A DNA stretch of 64,000 bases from Spirochaetota bacterium (GTDB lineage Bacteria; Spirochaetota; UBA4802; UBA5550), in the NCBI GenBank assembly GCA_016928865.1, contig JAFGJX010000105.1, positions 5,786 to 69,785 of the forward strand, given 5' to 3'. The position numbers and the translations under genes were made by a program. The notes below the pieces were generated by a model. That model was not told where the DNA came from. It ran no database searches and saw only the letters and a program-made list of their open reading frames with translations. Positions 55,447 through 64,000 of the stretch are shown here, in pieces. Within the stretch, counting starts at the first letter, position 1; every line of letters starts with the position of its first letter.

Positions 55447-56190
55447 TCAGTCCCGTTCCAGGATCTCTTCGGTCAGCTTCATGTAGTCGATCGCGCCGGT
55501 GCTGTTCGGTTTGTACTCGAAAATGGTCTTGCCCCAGCTGGGCGCTTCCTGGAGCGCGACGTTCTCCCTGATCAGGGTTTCGAACAGCTTTCCCGGGAGC
55601 CGGTTCTCGGTTTCGTCGATGACTTCCCGGTTGATGGCGCGCTTGGCGTTATACATGGTGCCGATGATCCCGGTCACGTCGATATTCTTGTTGAGGCGCC
55701 GCTTGACCATCTGCACCGCCTCAAAGAGATTGTACATGCCATGAAAAGGGAGGAACTGTACCTGCAGCGGCACCAGGATCTCGCTGGAGTATGCCATGGC
55801 GTTCAGGGTGAGAATGCCGAGCGACGGCGGGCAGTCGATGACGACAAAGTCGTAGCCGTTCATCTCCTCAAGCGCGTCCCTGAGGAGAAACTCCTTGGCC
55901 GGGATTGGCAGGAACTCGATGTCCTTCAGGTCCTGGTTGGCCGGGAGCAGGTGGAGGTCGTTCCGGTCTATCAGTATCTCCTGGTACGGCAGCTCGCCCT
56001 TGAGCACGTGAAATATCGATTTTTTTATCTGCTTGGGGTTGTATCCCAGGTGATAGGTGGCCTGCGACTGGTGGTCTAGGTCGATGATGCATACCTTTTT
56101 CCCCTTGACCTGGAGCGCCGCGGCTATGTTCACGGTGCTCGTGGTCTTGCCCACGCCGCCCTTGTTGTTGGAAATGGCGATAATTCTCAT
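55447..56190 (-). CDS. ParA/Soj-family ATPase (no ParB seen in the window)
   Basis: Deviant Walker A ISNNKGGVGKTTST and VVIDCPPSLG. Confidence 0.9.
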   Translation of the reverse strand: MRIIAISNNKGGVGKTTSTVNIAAALQVKGKKVCIIDLDHQSQATYHLGYNPKQIKKSIFHVLKGELPYQEILIDRNDLHLLPANQDLKDIEFLPIPAKEFLLRDALEEMNGYDFVVIDCPPSLGILTLNAMAYSSEILVPLQVQFLPFHGMYNLFEAVQMVKRRLNKNIDVTGIIGTMYNAKRAINREVIDETENRLPGKLFETLIRENVALQEAPSWGKTIFEYKPNSTGAIDYMKLTEEILERD

Positions 56191-56475
56191 GGTTACCTCG
56201 CATTGAAACTACCGCATACGGCCAGTATTTGTCAATGAATAAAAATTCAGAGTGATCCGGAGTGGCCGGCGCAAAAAAGTGGTTGATCTGCGGGGCTTTC
56301 CCGCCATATCATGGGGCGGTATCGGCATACCGGTCCTGCCGGAAGAGGTGTGCTGCGGACGGGGCGGCACTGACTGTTCCGGATGGATCGCGTATCGGAA
56401 GCTGTTTCTGTCGGCCGTTATACGGGATCGGAAGACATTATTGCATAAATACAATCGCCGCACAGGAGGCATGCC

Positions 56476-57261
56476 ATGGGGCCCTTGCAGAAAAACATAA
56501 CGCTTCCGGCGCTGATCGCCGGGCTTCTTACCTTTTTGATTCTCCTGGTCATGCTTATTGCGGGCGGCAATCCGAAGCCGGCAGCCTATCCCAATGCGGA
56601 TGGCTTTACCGCCGCGATCTACTGGTTCGAGGTGACCGAGTCCGCGGATGATCTCTTCAAGGCCCTGGGCGACCCCGCGCTGGATAAGGGCGCCGGTATA
56701 CGAAGCACGATGGACCGGGTGAATCGTATCGATTTCGCCTTCATGGCGGCCTACTCGGTCTACTTCGCGCTGCTTGTCGTCATGATGCGCGGCCTTATCG
56801 CCGTGGCAGGTCCGGTCAAAACCCGGATAACGATTCTCGCGGCGGCAGGGGTTGCGTTCAGCATCCTGATGCTCGCCGGCGACATCATGGAAAATGTGCA
56901 GCTCCTGAAGCTTACCGGATACGCATCGCCGGAGGAAACGGACATGGCGGTGATCGGCAGGCTCATGGCGTTCACCAGGCTGAAATGGTTTGCCATTTTT
57001 CTCGGGAGCCTTGCCCTGACCGCCCTGTACATCGAACATTTCGGGAAGCGCCTCTCCTCCCTCCTGTTTGCGCTCTTCTACGGATCAACGGCGGTTATCG
57101 GCTTCATCTCGTTTTTCGTTCCGGGCATGAGGGCCATGATAGAGCTTTCGTCTTTCATGCTGCTCCTCGCATGGCTCGTATCGCTGGTCCACGTTGGTAT
57201 TATCATGCTGCGCGGCAGTGCGCTGGGCGGGCATGTCCAGGCCGTAAGAAACCGGGGGTGA
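56476..57261 (+). CDS. Hypothetical integral membrane protein
   Basis: About 6 hydrophobic helices. AGGAGG lies 5 nt upstream of the ATG. Preferred over the antisense ORF 56209-57039. Confidence 0.5.
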   Translation: MGPLQKNITLPALIAGLLTFLILLVMLIAGGNPKPAAYPNADGFTAAIYWFEVTESADDLFKALGDPALDKGAGIRSTMDRVNRIDFAFMAAYSVYFALLVVMMRGLIAVAGPVKTRITILAAAGVAFSILMLAGDIMENVQLLKLTGYASPEETDMAVIGRLMAFTRLKWFAIFLGSLALTALYIEHFGKRLSSLLFALFYGSTAVIGFISFFVPGMRAMIELSSFMLLLAWLVSLVHVGIIMLRGSALGGHVQAVRNRG

Positions 57262-57330
57262 CGGGCCGACCGACGTGCGCGCCGTGCCATCGACTTCACG
57301 GCGTGGAGCGGACCGGACCGCCTCGCGGGA

Positions 57331-58968
57331 TCAGATTCTCGCAGCGTAGAGCGTTGTCGGGAATTCTATGTCGCACCGGAGACCGACGTGCGGCACGAAA
57401 TGTATCGTTCCCCGCATCTGTTTTTCAACCACCTCTATGATCATTTGCAGCCCGAACGTGCTCTGGTCCCTGAAGTCAAAATTATCCGGGACACCAATGC
57501 CGTCGTCGCGGTAGGTGAAATGGAGGGTTTCGGCCTTTTTTTTGAAAATGGAGATGTAGATGGTTCCCTGCCGCGCATCGGGAAAAGCGTGTTCGTAGGA
57601 ATTTGTCAGCAGCTCGTTCAGTACAAATCCGAACGGGATGGCGGTATCGACGAGTATCTCCACCTGTTCGACATTGATGTCGAATGTTATTCTGCCGGCG
57701 AGCCGCGGGGAGAGTTCCAGAGATACGTTGATGAATTCATCCACGTATTTTTTTATGTTGATTCTTGACAGGTCGACCGACTGGTAGAGCATCCTGTGCA
57801 CCAGCGCCATGGAAAAGATCTTGGCCTCCATGTCCCTGGCGAACTTGATCGTGGTCGGGTCGCCGATTCTTTTCGATTTCAGGGAGAGCAGGGATGTTAT
57901 CACGCTCATATTGTTGTTGGTCCTGTGATATAATTCCTGAATGAGGCGCTCTTTTTCAAGCAGTGACGATTGCACCCGTTCTTCGCTTTCCCTGAGCTTC
58001 TCGCTGACGCTGCGGACTTTCAGTTCTTTATCCCTCAGTTCGTCCGTCTTCGCTCCGACCTGCCGCCGGTAGGCGATCGCTGCCGCGAGGATGACCAGCA
58101 GGATCAGGCCCGTCGCCGCGATGGTCCATATCACATACCGGGGGATAAAGTAGCGCGGCCGTTCATGGAGCCATCCGAGCAGCGACCGGTAATAGATTGA
58201 ATCCCTGTCATCCATGATCGCGGACAGGTGTCTGTCAATGGCTGCAAGCAACGAGGCATTGCGTCCTTTCCCGGCGGCGAAATGAAGTGTCGAGGTGTCA
58301 AGGATGAGGGGAGCCGGTTTTAGATTGACGTTGTTTTCGATGTAGGCGTAGAACCGGCTTGCGATCAGGGCATCCGCACTGCCCGTCTCAATCGCCCGGA
58401 TGGTTGACGGGTAATCCGGTTTTTCGATCAGATCAAAACGCAGGTCGAGCCTGTGACGAATATCCAGTGCGATCTCCCTTTGAATGGATCCTTGTAACAC
58501 CGCAATCTTCATGCCGTTCAGGTCGGGAAACCTCTCCACGGTCCGGCCTTCACGCGTGAATATCTGGACCCATGACGCAAGCACGGGGATCCGGTTAAAG
58601 TCGAATCGCCTGCTCCTGGGTTCTGAATACGCCACATCGGGCATGAGATCGATATCTCCCCGTTCCAGGCGGGCCAGGCAGGCATCCCAGGTGCCTGGGA
58701 CGTAGGTCAGGGACCACCCCTCCTGCCCGGCGATGTGATTGATGATGTCGATGAAAATGCCGTACGGTCTCCCTTTCTTGTCAATCGCGACCTTTGGCGG
58801 ATTGTCATACAGGCCGATGCGGACGGTTGCTTCCCCGGCGGCAACAGGAACAAATACGGCCAGCATGAACAGCGTCAACAGGATCTGCCGCGGTACACGG
58901 TTTGAAAATGCGCGGTGCTTCGGCCCGCCGGTATGGCGCGTGGTTTTGTGGCAAACATTCATGTCCAT
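57331..58968 (-). CDS. Sensor histidine kinase: periplasmic solute-binding (SBP_bac_3-like) domain, TM, HisKA_2, HATPase
   Basis: Periplasmic RIGLYDNPPKV...DLMPDV region and H-box ELYHRTNNNMSVITSLLSL. C-terminal LNELLTNSYEHAF...DDGIGVP...GLQMI. Confidence 0.8.
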   Translation of the reverse strand: MDMNVCHKTTRHTGGPKHRAFSNRVPRQILLTLFMLAVFVPVAAGEATVRIGLYDNPPKVAIDKKGRPYGIFIDIINHIAGQEGWSLTYVPGTWDACLARLERGDIDLMPDVAYSEPRSRRFDFNRIPVLASWVQIFTREGRTVERFPDLNGMKIAVLQGSIQREIALDIRHRLDLRFDLIEKPDYPSTIRAIETGSADALIASRFYAYIENNVNLKPAPLILDTSTLHFAAGKGRNASLLAAIDRHLSAIMDDRDSIYYRSLLGWLHERPRYFIPRYVIWTIAATGLILLVILAAAIAYRRQVGAKTDELRDKELKVRSVSEKLRESEERVQSSLLEKERLIQELYHRTNNNMSVITSLLSLKSKRIGDPTTIKFARDMEAKIFSMALVHRMLYQSVDLSRINIKKYVDEFINVSLELSPRLAGRITFDINVEQVEILVDTAIPFGFVLNELLTNSYEHAFPDARQGTIYISIFKKKAETLHFTYRDDGIGVPDNFDFRDQSTFGLQMIIEVVEKQMRGTIHFVPHVGLRCDIEFPTTLYAARI

Positions 58969-59222
58969 GACGTATGACGGATGAAATAGTATGCAACAAT
59001 CATACGACGGGCACTGAATAAAAACAACAAAAAAAAGCCGGTCTCGTCAAGTAACGGGAATAATGCTTCATCACGGATTGCATTAATCCCGTCAGGTCCG
59101 ATTTTTTTTCGGTTTCATGTGGATAGGCTTCACCCGCCGATTGATGCGGCAATAATGTATTGACAACCTGGTGCGGATCGTCCATCCTGCTGTCAGCAGT
59201 CAATTCAAAGGATGGTGTTCGA

Positions 59223-59408
59223 ATGGCAGAAATCACGGATAAGGACAGGGCCATGGCACAGCGGTGCCTCGAGTGTCCGGTCTGTTCGCGCGCGCGGAAG
59301 AAGCAGAAGGGGCTTGCCTTCTGGTTTGTAAAAAACATTGAAAACGGATTCTGCCCCTACTGCGCCGCGTACGAGCGTGTCTACGGCAAGAAGGCCCACG
59401 AGGCCTGA
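59223..59408 (+). CDS. Small Cys-rich (zinc-ribbon-like) protein, 61 aa
   Basis: CLECPVC and CPYC motifs. RBS AAGGATGG. Lies 17 nt upstream of the hydantoinase-like gene. Confidence 0.45.
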   Translation: MAEITDKDRAMAQRCLECPVCSRARKKQKGLAFWFVKNIENGFCPYCAAYERVYGKKAHEA

Positions 59409-59425
59409 TCCGGCACGGAGCTGCA

Positions 59426-61096
59426 ATGGCAAAAACCGACCTGTATCTCGGACTTGACGTCGGCGGCACGCATACCGACGCGGTGCTCGTCGGCGAAACG
59501 GGGCTTGTTTCACACTACAAGGCCGTCACCGATCACGCCAACCTCCTTCGCTCGGTGCGCGGAGCGATAGAGGAGGTCGCCCGCGACGCCGATCCCTCGA
59601 GAATAAAACGCGTAAACCTGAGTACCACGCTTTCCACCAATGCCATCATTGAAAACAAGCTTGAAGACGTATGCGTCATCGCGTCGTCCGGTCCGGGTAT
59701 AGACCCGGGTAATTTCAGGATAGGACGCTTCTTTTATGAGGTAGACGGATCCATCGACCACCGCGGCACCGAGGTGAAGGGCCTGGACCAGAAGGCGCTG
59801 GCAAAAATAGCGGGCGAGGCTGAAAAAAAGAAGATACGGGCCTTCGCCGCAGTGACAAAATTTTCAACGCGGAACCCGGACCAGGAGAACGCGATCGCCC
59901 GGGCGTTCGAAAAAATATCTGATTTCACCACCTTCGGCCACAAGCTTTCGGGGCAGCTTAATTTTCCCCGCCGCGTTGTCACGGCGTATTTCAATTCAGC
60001 GGTGTGGCGCCTGTACAACCAGTTTGCCGACGCGATCGAGGAGGGCCTTCGCGGACTGGGCATTGAGGCCGAGGTCAACATACTCAAGGCCGACGGCGGC
60101 ACCATGCCCGTCGCGGTATCGCGGAACATTCCCGTCGAGTCGATCCTCTCCGGTCCGGCCGCCAGCGTCATGGGGATCGTCGCGCTCTGCGACATCACGC
60201 GCGACTCCGTCATGCTCGATATCGGCGGCACCACCACCGACATCGCGCTCTTCGCCGACGGCGTGCCGCTGATAGAGAAGGACGGCATATCCCTGCAGTC
60301 GAGCCCGACGCTGGTGCGGTCACTCAAGACCCGCTCCATCGGGGTCGGGGGCGATTCCGCGATCTACGTCGAGGGGAAAAGCGTCTCCATCGGCCCCGAC
60401 CGGAAGGGCCCTTCCATGGCGGCAGGCGGGAAGGAGCCGGCGCTGGTGGATGCGCTCAATTACCGCGGCATCATCGAATATCTCGACGTCGCCGCTTCGC
60501 GCAGGGGGATAACGGATTTCGCGAAGAAGAAGGGGATCGCCGCGGCAAAGCTGGCGGACGCCGCGTTTGAGTTCGCGGTCGGCAGGATCAAGCAGGAAGT
60601 GGACGCGATGCTCGACGAGATCCGCAACCGGCCGGTCTACACCATCCATGAAATGCTCGAGGGGAAAACGATAGCGCCCGAAGTGGTGTACGTCATGGGA
60701 GGCCCGGCCCGGGCGTTCAGGGAGAGCCTCGAGAACGCCTTCGGCGCGAAGGTCGAGATTCCGAAGAACTTCGACGTCGCCAACGCCATCGGCGCGGCCC
60801 TGGCCAGAACCACCATCGAGATCGAGCTCTTTGCCGACACGGGGAAGGGCACGCTGCTCATACCGAGTATCGACGTCCGTCGCAAGATACCTTCCGGCTA
60901 CACGCTGAAGGACGCGGAGCGCGACGCGAAAAAGCTCCTCGAAGAGCACCTTTCCGCCATGGGCGTTCAGGCCAATGCCGATTCCGAGGTGATCGAATCG
61001 TCATCCTTTAACATGATTGACGGCTATTACAGCAGCGGCAAGGACATACGGGTGAAGTGCCAGGTCAAGCCCGGCTCGTTCAAGAGGTTGACATGA
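59426..61096 (+). CDS. Hydantoinase/oxoprolinase (HyuA-type, ASKHA-fold) family protein
   Basis: LGLDVGGTHTDAVLV N-terminus and a second phosphate-loop-like MLDIGGTTTDIALF. Confidence 0.85.
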   Translation: MAKTDLYLGLDVGGTHTDAVLVGETGLVSHYKAVTDHANLLRSVRGAIEEVARDADPSRIKRVNLSTTLSTNAIIENKLEDVCVIASSGPGIDPGNFRIGRFFYEVDGSIDHRGTEVKGLDQKALAKIAGEAEKKKIRAFAAVTKFSTRNPDQENAIARAFEKISDFTTFGHKLSGQLNFPRRVVTAYFNSAVWRLYNQFADAIEEGLRGLGIEAEVNILKADGGTMPVAVSRNIPVESILSGPAASVMGIVALCDITRDSVMLDIGGTTTDIALFADGVPLIEKDGISLQSSPTLVRSLKTRSIGVGGDSAIYVEGKSVSIGPDRKGPSMAAGGKEPALVDALNYRGIIEYLDVAASRRGITDFAKKKGIAAAKLADAAFEFAVGRIKQEVDAMLDEIRNRPVYTIHEMLEGKTIAPEVVYVMGGPARAFRESLENAFGAKVEIPKNFDVANAIGAALARTTIEIELFADTGKGTLLIPSIDVRRKIPSGYTLKDAERDAKKLLEEHLSAMGVQANADSEVIESSSFNMIDGYYSSGKDIRVKCQVKPGSFKRLT

Positions 61097-62403
61097 TCAA
61101 GGCGAAAAATCGAATGGGGCTCATCTTCTTTCCGGCATACGACTGGGCCATATCCCCCTCCCATCCCGAGCGGGAGGAGCGGCTCCTTTACACCCAGGAC
61201 CAGCTTCGCGAGGAGGGCGTATTCGACATTGACGGGCTGGTCGAATTCAAGCCGGACATCGCGACCGAAGAGGACGTGATGCGGTCGCACTTCTGCTTTC
61301 CCGATGTCGAAAGCGTGACCACCGAGTCGCACATGATATCGGCGGGCGGCGCCATCAAGGCGGCGCGGATAGTCATGGATGGCCAGGTCGACAAGTCGTT
61401 CGCGCTGGTGCGTCCGCCGGGGCACCATGCCATGAAATCGGTGCACGGGAACCGCGGCTTCTGCAACATCAACAACGAGGCGATCATGATCGAGTACCTG
61501 CGCGACCGGTACGGCGTGAAGAAGGTCGCGGTGGTGGATACCGACTGCCACCACGGCGACGGATCGCAGGACATCTTCTGGAACGATCCGGACGTGCTCT
61601 ACATCTCCATGCACCAGGACGGGCGGACGCTCTATCCCGGCTCGGGCCATTTCGACGAGATGGGCGGGCCCAACGCCCTGGGCAAGACCATAAATATTCC
61701 TCTGCCGCCGGAGACCTGCGACGAGGGCTTTCTATTCGCCATCGACGAGATGGTCATGCCCATCATCCGGGACTTCAAGCCGGAGATAATCGTCAACAGC
61801 GCGGGGCAGGACAACCATTACTCCGATCCGATCACCAACATGAATTTTTCCGCGCAGGGATACGCGGCGCTCAACGAAAAGCTGAATCCCGATATCGCAG
61901 TGCTCGAGGGGGGCTATTCGATCCAGGGGGCGCTGCCGTACGTGAACCTGGGTATCATCCTCGCCATGGCGGGGGTGGATTATTCACACGTGCGCGAGCC
62001 GAACTACAACGCGGCCATGCTCAAGCAGGACCCGCGGATCACCGATTATATCAAAAAGCTCAAGGACGTTGTGCTGGGGGTCTATTTTAATCCGCCGCCC
62101 ATCGAGAACCTTCCCGGGTACGGCCAGGTGATGACCAGGAGAAAGAACGTCTATTACGACACGGACGGCATCCGGGAATCCCAGGTCGAATCGATCGTGC
62201 GGTGCAGGGAATGCGCGGGCCTGTTCAGCCTCGAAACCTATTCCACGGTCTGCGAGCTGTCGCTCGGCATAGAGATCCCCATGAACGCCTGCGCGTCGTG
62301 CCGGAAGGAAGGCGTGAAGCTGCTGAACAGCGCGAAGAAATCGGGCAAATACGGCACGATACAGGTGATCGACCGCGTCAAGAAGGAATACTACCGGACC
62401 TGA
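61093..62403 (+). CDS. Histone deacetylase (HDAC/AcuC/acetylpolyamine amidohydrolase) family protein with a Cys-rich C-terminal extension
   Basis: VRPPGHHA and DTDCHHGDGSQDIFW...YISMHQ...YPGSG motifs. C-terminal CRECAG...CASCRKEG. The ATG overlaps the upstream stop (ATGA). Confidence 0.88.
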   Translation: MIKAKNRMGLIFFPAYDWAISPSHPEREERLLYTQDQLREEGVFDIDGLVEFKPDIATEEDVMRSHFCFPDVESVTTESHMISAGGAIKAARIVMDGQVDKSFALVRPPGHHAMKSVHGNRGFCNINNEAIMIEYLRDRYGVKKVAVVDTDCHHGDGSQDIFWNDPDVLYISMHQDGRTLYPGSGHFDEMGGPNALGKTINIPLPPETCDEGFLFAIDEMVMPIIRDFKPEIIVNSAGQDNHYSDPITNMNFSAQGYAALNEKLNPDIAVLEGGYSIQGALPYVNLGIILAMAGVDYSHVREPNYNAAMLKQDPRITDYIKKLKDVVLGVYFNPPPIENLPGYGQVMTRRKNVYYDTDGIRESQVESIVRCRECAGLFSLETYSTVCELSLGIEIPMNACASCRKEGVKLLNSAKKSGKYGTIQVIDRVKKEYYRT

Positions 62404-62414
62404 GAGGACGCGCC

Positions 62415-63074
62415 TCAGTTCTCGAGCACGAAGGTTATCGGTATCTGCATGACCATCTTCACCGGCTTCCCGCCGATTTTCCCCGGCCTGAAGCGAATCT
62501 TCTGCATCACTTTCATTGCCGCCTCGTCGAACCCGTAGCCCGACGGCGGGGAGATTATTCTGGCGCTCTGGACCGACCCGTCGGAGTTGACCTGTATCCG
62601 CAGCAGGACCGTCCTGCGGGTGATGTTTGCGGTGCGCGCCGCCTGCGGGAAGTACCTGTTCAGGTCAAAATCGATGATCGGGATCGGGGGGCGGTCGCTC
62701 AGGTCGGCGTACATGTACCCGTCCTCATCGGTCCCGTCTCCGGAAAGCCTGTTGATGTCCACGTCGACGTTGTCCGCGTCCGGCCTGTCAGTACCGGTCC
62801 CCTCTATCCATTCCTCCTTCTGGACGGGCGCAGGGTTGGTGTCGCCGCCCATCAGTATCGAAGGGGGCATCTCGATAAAATCCACCTCGACGTCTTTCAG
62901 CTTCATGGCCGCGGCGTCGAATATCTTTTCATCGTCGGAGAAGCCGGGCAGAACGGATATGAGGTAGGCGATGCATCCGGCGCCGTGAATGATGAGCGAG
63001 ACGGTGAGGCAGAGCTCGAAGAGGTCCATCCCCCTGATCCTGTCCCGTATCGCATGTATGACGGACATCGCCAT
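62415..63074 (-). CDS. tonB: TonB-family energy transducer
   Basis: N-terminal TM helix and a C-terminal TonB fold (GYGFDEAAMKVMQKIRFRPGKIGGKPVKMVMQIPITF). Confidence 0.75.
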   Translation of the reverse strand: MAMSVIHAIRDRIRGMDLFELCLTVSLIIHGAGCIAYLISVLPGFSDDEKIFDAAAMKLKDVEVDFIEMPPSILMGGDTNPAPVQKEEWIEGTGTDRPDADNVDVDINRLSGDGTDEDGYMYADLSDRPPIPIIDFDLNRYFPQAARTANITRRTVLLRIQVNSDGSVQSARIISPPSGYGFDEAAMKVMQKIRFRPGKIGGKPVKMVMQIPITFVLEN

Positions 63075-63089
63075 GGCGCCGACCGTCGC

Positions 63090-63494
63090 TTATCGTTTTA
63101 CCGAGAGGGCGATGCGGGTGACGCCCGATTGACGGATCAGGCCCATGACGTGCGCGATGGTGCCGTAGCTCAAGCGCTCGTCGGCGGACAGGGTCACCCG
63201 CATGTTGGGCCGGTATTTCGATTCAGCGGAGAGTTTCCTGACCAGGGCGTCCTCCGTTGTTTCCGTGTCTTCCATGAAGAGGGCGCCGTTTCTGGTTAGG
63301 GCCACCTGGATCGATTTCGCGACATTCGGGTCAGCCGCGCCCACCTTCGGCAGGTTGATGTTAACGGACTCCTGCTTCAGGAAGTTTGCGGTCACCATGA
63401 AAATGACCAGGAGGACGAGGAGCACGTCAACCATCGGGGTGATATTTATATAGCCGATCTCGTCGCTGTCGTCGCCGCCGGGAAGTGTTGCCAT
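63090..63494 (-). CDS. exbD: ExbD/TolR biopolymer transport protein
   Basis: INITPMVDVLLVLLVIFMV and the periplasmic domain pattern. Confidence 0.88.
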   Translation of the reverse strand: MATLPGGDDSDEIGYINITPMVDVLLVLLVIFMVTANFLKQESVNINLPKVGAADPNVAKSIQVALTRNGALFMEDTETTEDALVRKLSAESKYRPNMRVTLSADERLSYGTIAHVMGLIRQSGVTRIALSVKR

Positions 63495-63498
63495 ATCG

Positions 63499-64000
63499 TT
63501 ACCTCTTTTTTGACGCCTTCGGTTTTTTTGCCGGCGCGGGCCCGCGCATATGCAGGCTTGCGCTGATCTCCCGGGAAAGTATCTCGAGATGCTGGGTGAT
63601 GATCTTGACCCGCTTCGTAAAAAAGTTGTTGGCCATGACCACCGGTATCGCTATGAACAGGCCCGCCGCCGTCGCCAGCAGAGCGCGCGAGATGCTGCGC
63701 ATGACCACCTCGGCGCCGGTGCTGCCGAGGGTCCCGAGGCCGTGGAACGCCTTGATGACTCCCAGGACGGTCCCGAGCAGGCCGATGAACGGCGCGTTGT
63801 TGCCGAGGGTGTTCAGTATGGTGAGCCGTTTTTCGAGCTCCATCTTTTCCTCGATGATTTTTCCCGCCATCAGGTCTTCGAGGCCCGCCGCGTTGTCCTG
63901 CGCGTGCTCTATCGCGAAGAGCGCGAAGCGGGTGTAGGCGTTTTCGCCGGACTCCTTCACCAGATGAAGCGCCGCCTTGAGGTCGCGCGATCTTAAAAGG
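63499..64000 (-). CDS. exbB: MotA/TolQ/ExbB proton-channel protein; N-terminus beyond the window edge
   Basis: [21 protein letters not shown] signature. The reading frame stays open from 63960 to the window end. Confidence 0.85.
   Translation of the reverse strand, partial: LLRSRDLKAALHLVKESGENAYTRFALFAIEHAQDNAAGLEDLMAGKIIEEKMELEKRLTILNTLGNNAPFIGLLGTVLGVIKAFHGLGTLGSTGAEVVMRSISRALLATAAGLFIAIPVVMANNFFTKRVKIITQHLEILSREISASLHMRGPAPAKKPKASKKR

Noticed and set aside
56209-57039. 276-aa minus-strand ORF overlapping the membrane-protein gene
   Set aside because: The + strand ORF has a good AGGAGG RBS and regular TM helices. The minus-strand product is Arg/His/Pro-rich and implausible.
62202-63299. 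365-aa + strand ORF overlapping the 3' end of the HDAC-like gene (in another frame) and lying antisense to the tonB and exbD genes
   Set aside because: The HDAC, TonB and ExbD homologues are clear in their own frames. This frame is Arg/Gly/Pro-rich with no motifs.

Overview
GC-rich, densely coding bacterial chromosomal window of about 60 CDS. I saw no rRNA, tRNA, CRISPR array, transposase or integrase. Two tandem FlaB-type flagellins (spirochaete N-terminus MIINHNMSA, Leptospirales-like core), plus flaG and fliD, point to a spirochaete host. Housekeeping genes: glyQ, hisF, queC, folE, purN, a PurO-type IMP cyclohydrolase with an AICARFT-only purH, panB, argH, ilvE and glpK. There are also two polyprenyl-diphosphate synthases and a four-gene periplasmic/membrane redox module (pentahaem cytochrome c, MopB-like protein, four-cluster FeS protein, NrfD-like subunit) organised like the Qrc complex, which is related to Alternative Complex III. 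Signalling genes are abundant: two STAS proteins, HATPase domains fused to HDOD or to 7TMR-DISM, a REC-PAS-HisKA_3 kinase with a NarL-type regulator, an SBP-HisKA_2 kinase, a degenerate GGDEF protein and a stand-alone T2SSE_N/MshEN-like domain. Other content: a MORN-repeat lipoprotein, bactofilin next to an orphan AmmeMemoRadiSam radical SAM enzyme, a NeuB-family synthase, an orphan ParA, a small Cys-rich ORF with hydantoinase-like and HDAC-like genes, and TonB-ExbD-ExbB at the right edge. The most unusual signal is non-coding. A ~100-nt element with conserved helices occurs twice in the same orientation, directly upstream of fliD and of the NeuB-family gene. It is a candidate cis-regulatory RNA linking filament assembly to a nonulosonic-acid (possible flagellin glycosylation) gene. 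All family calls come from by-eye motif recognition on the supplied translations; no database search or folding program was run.
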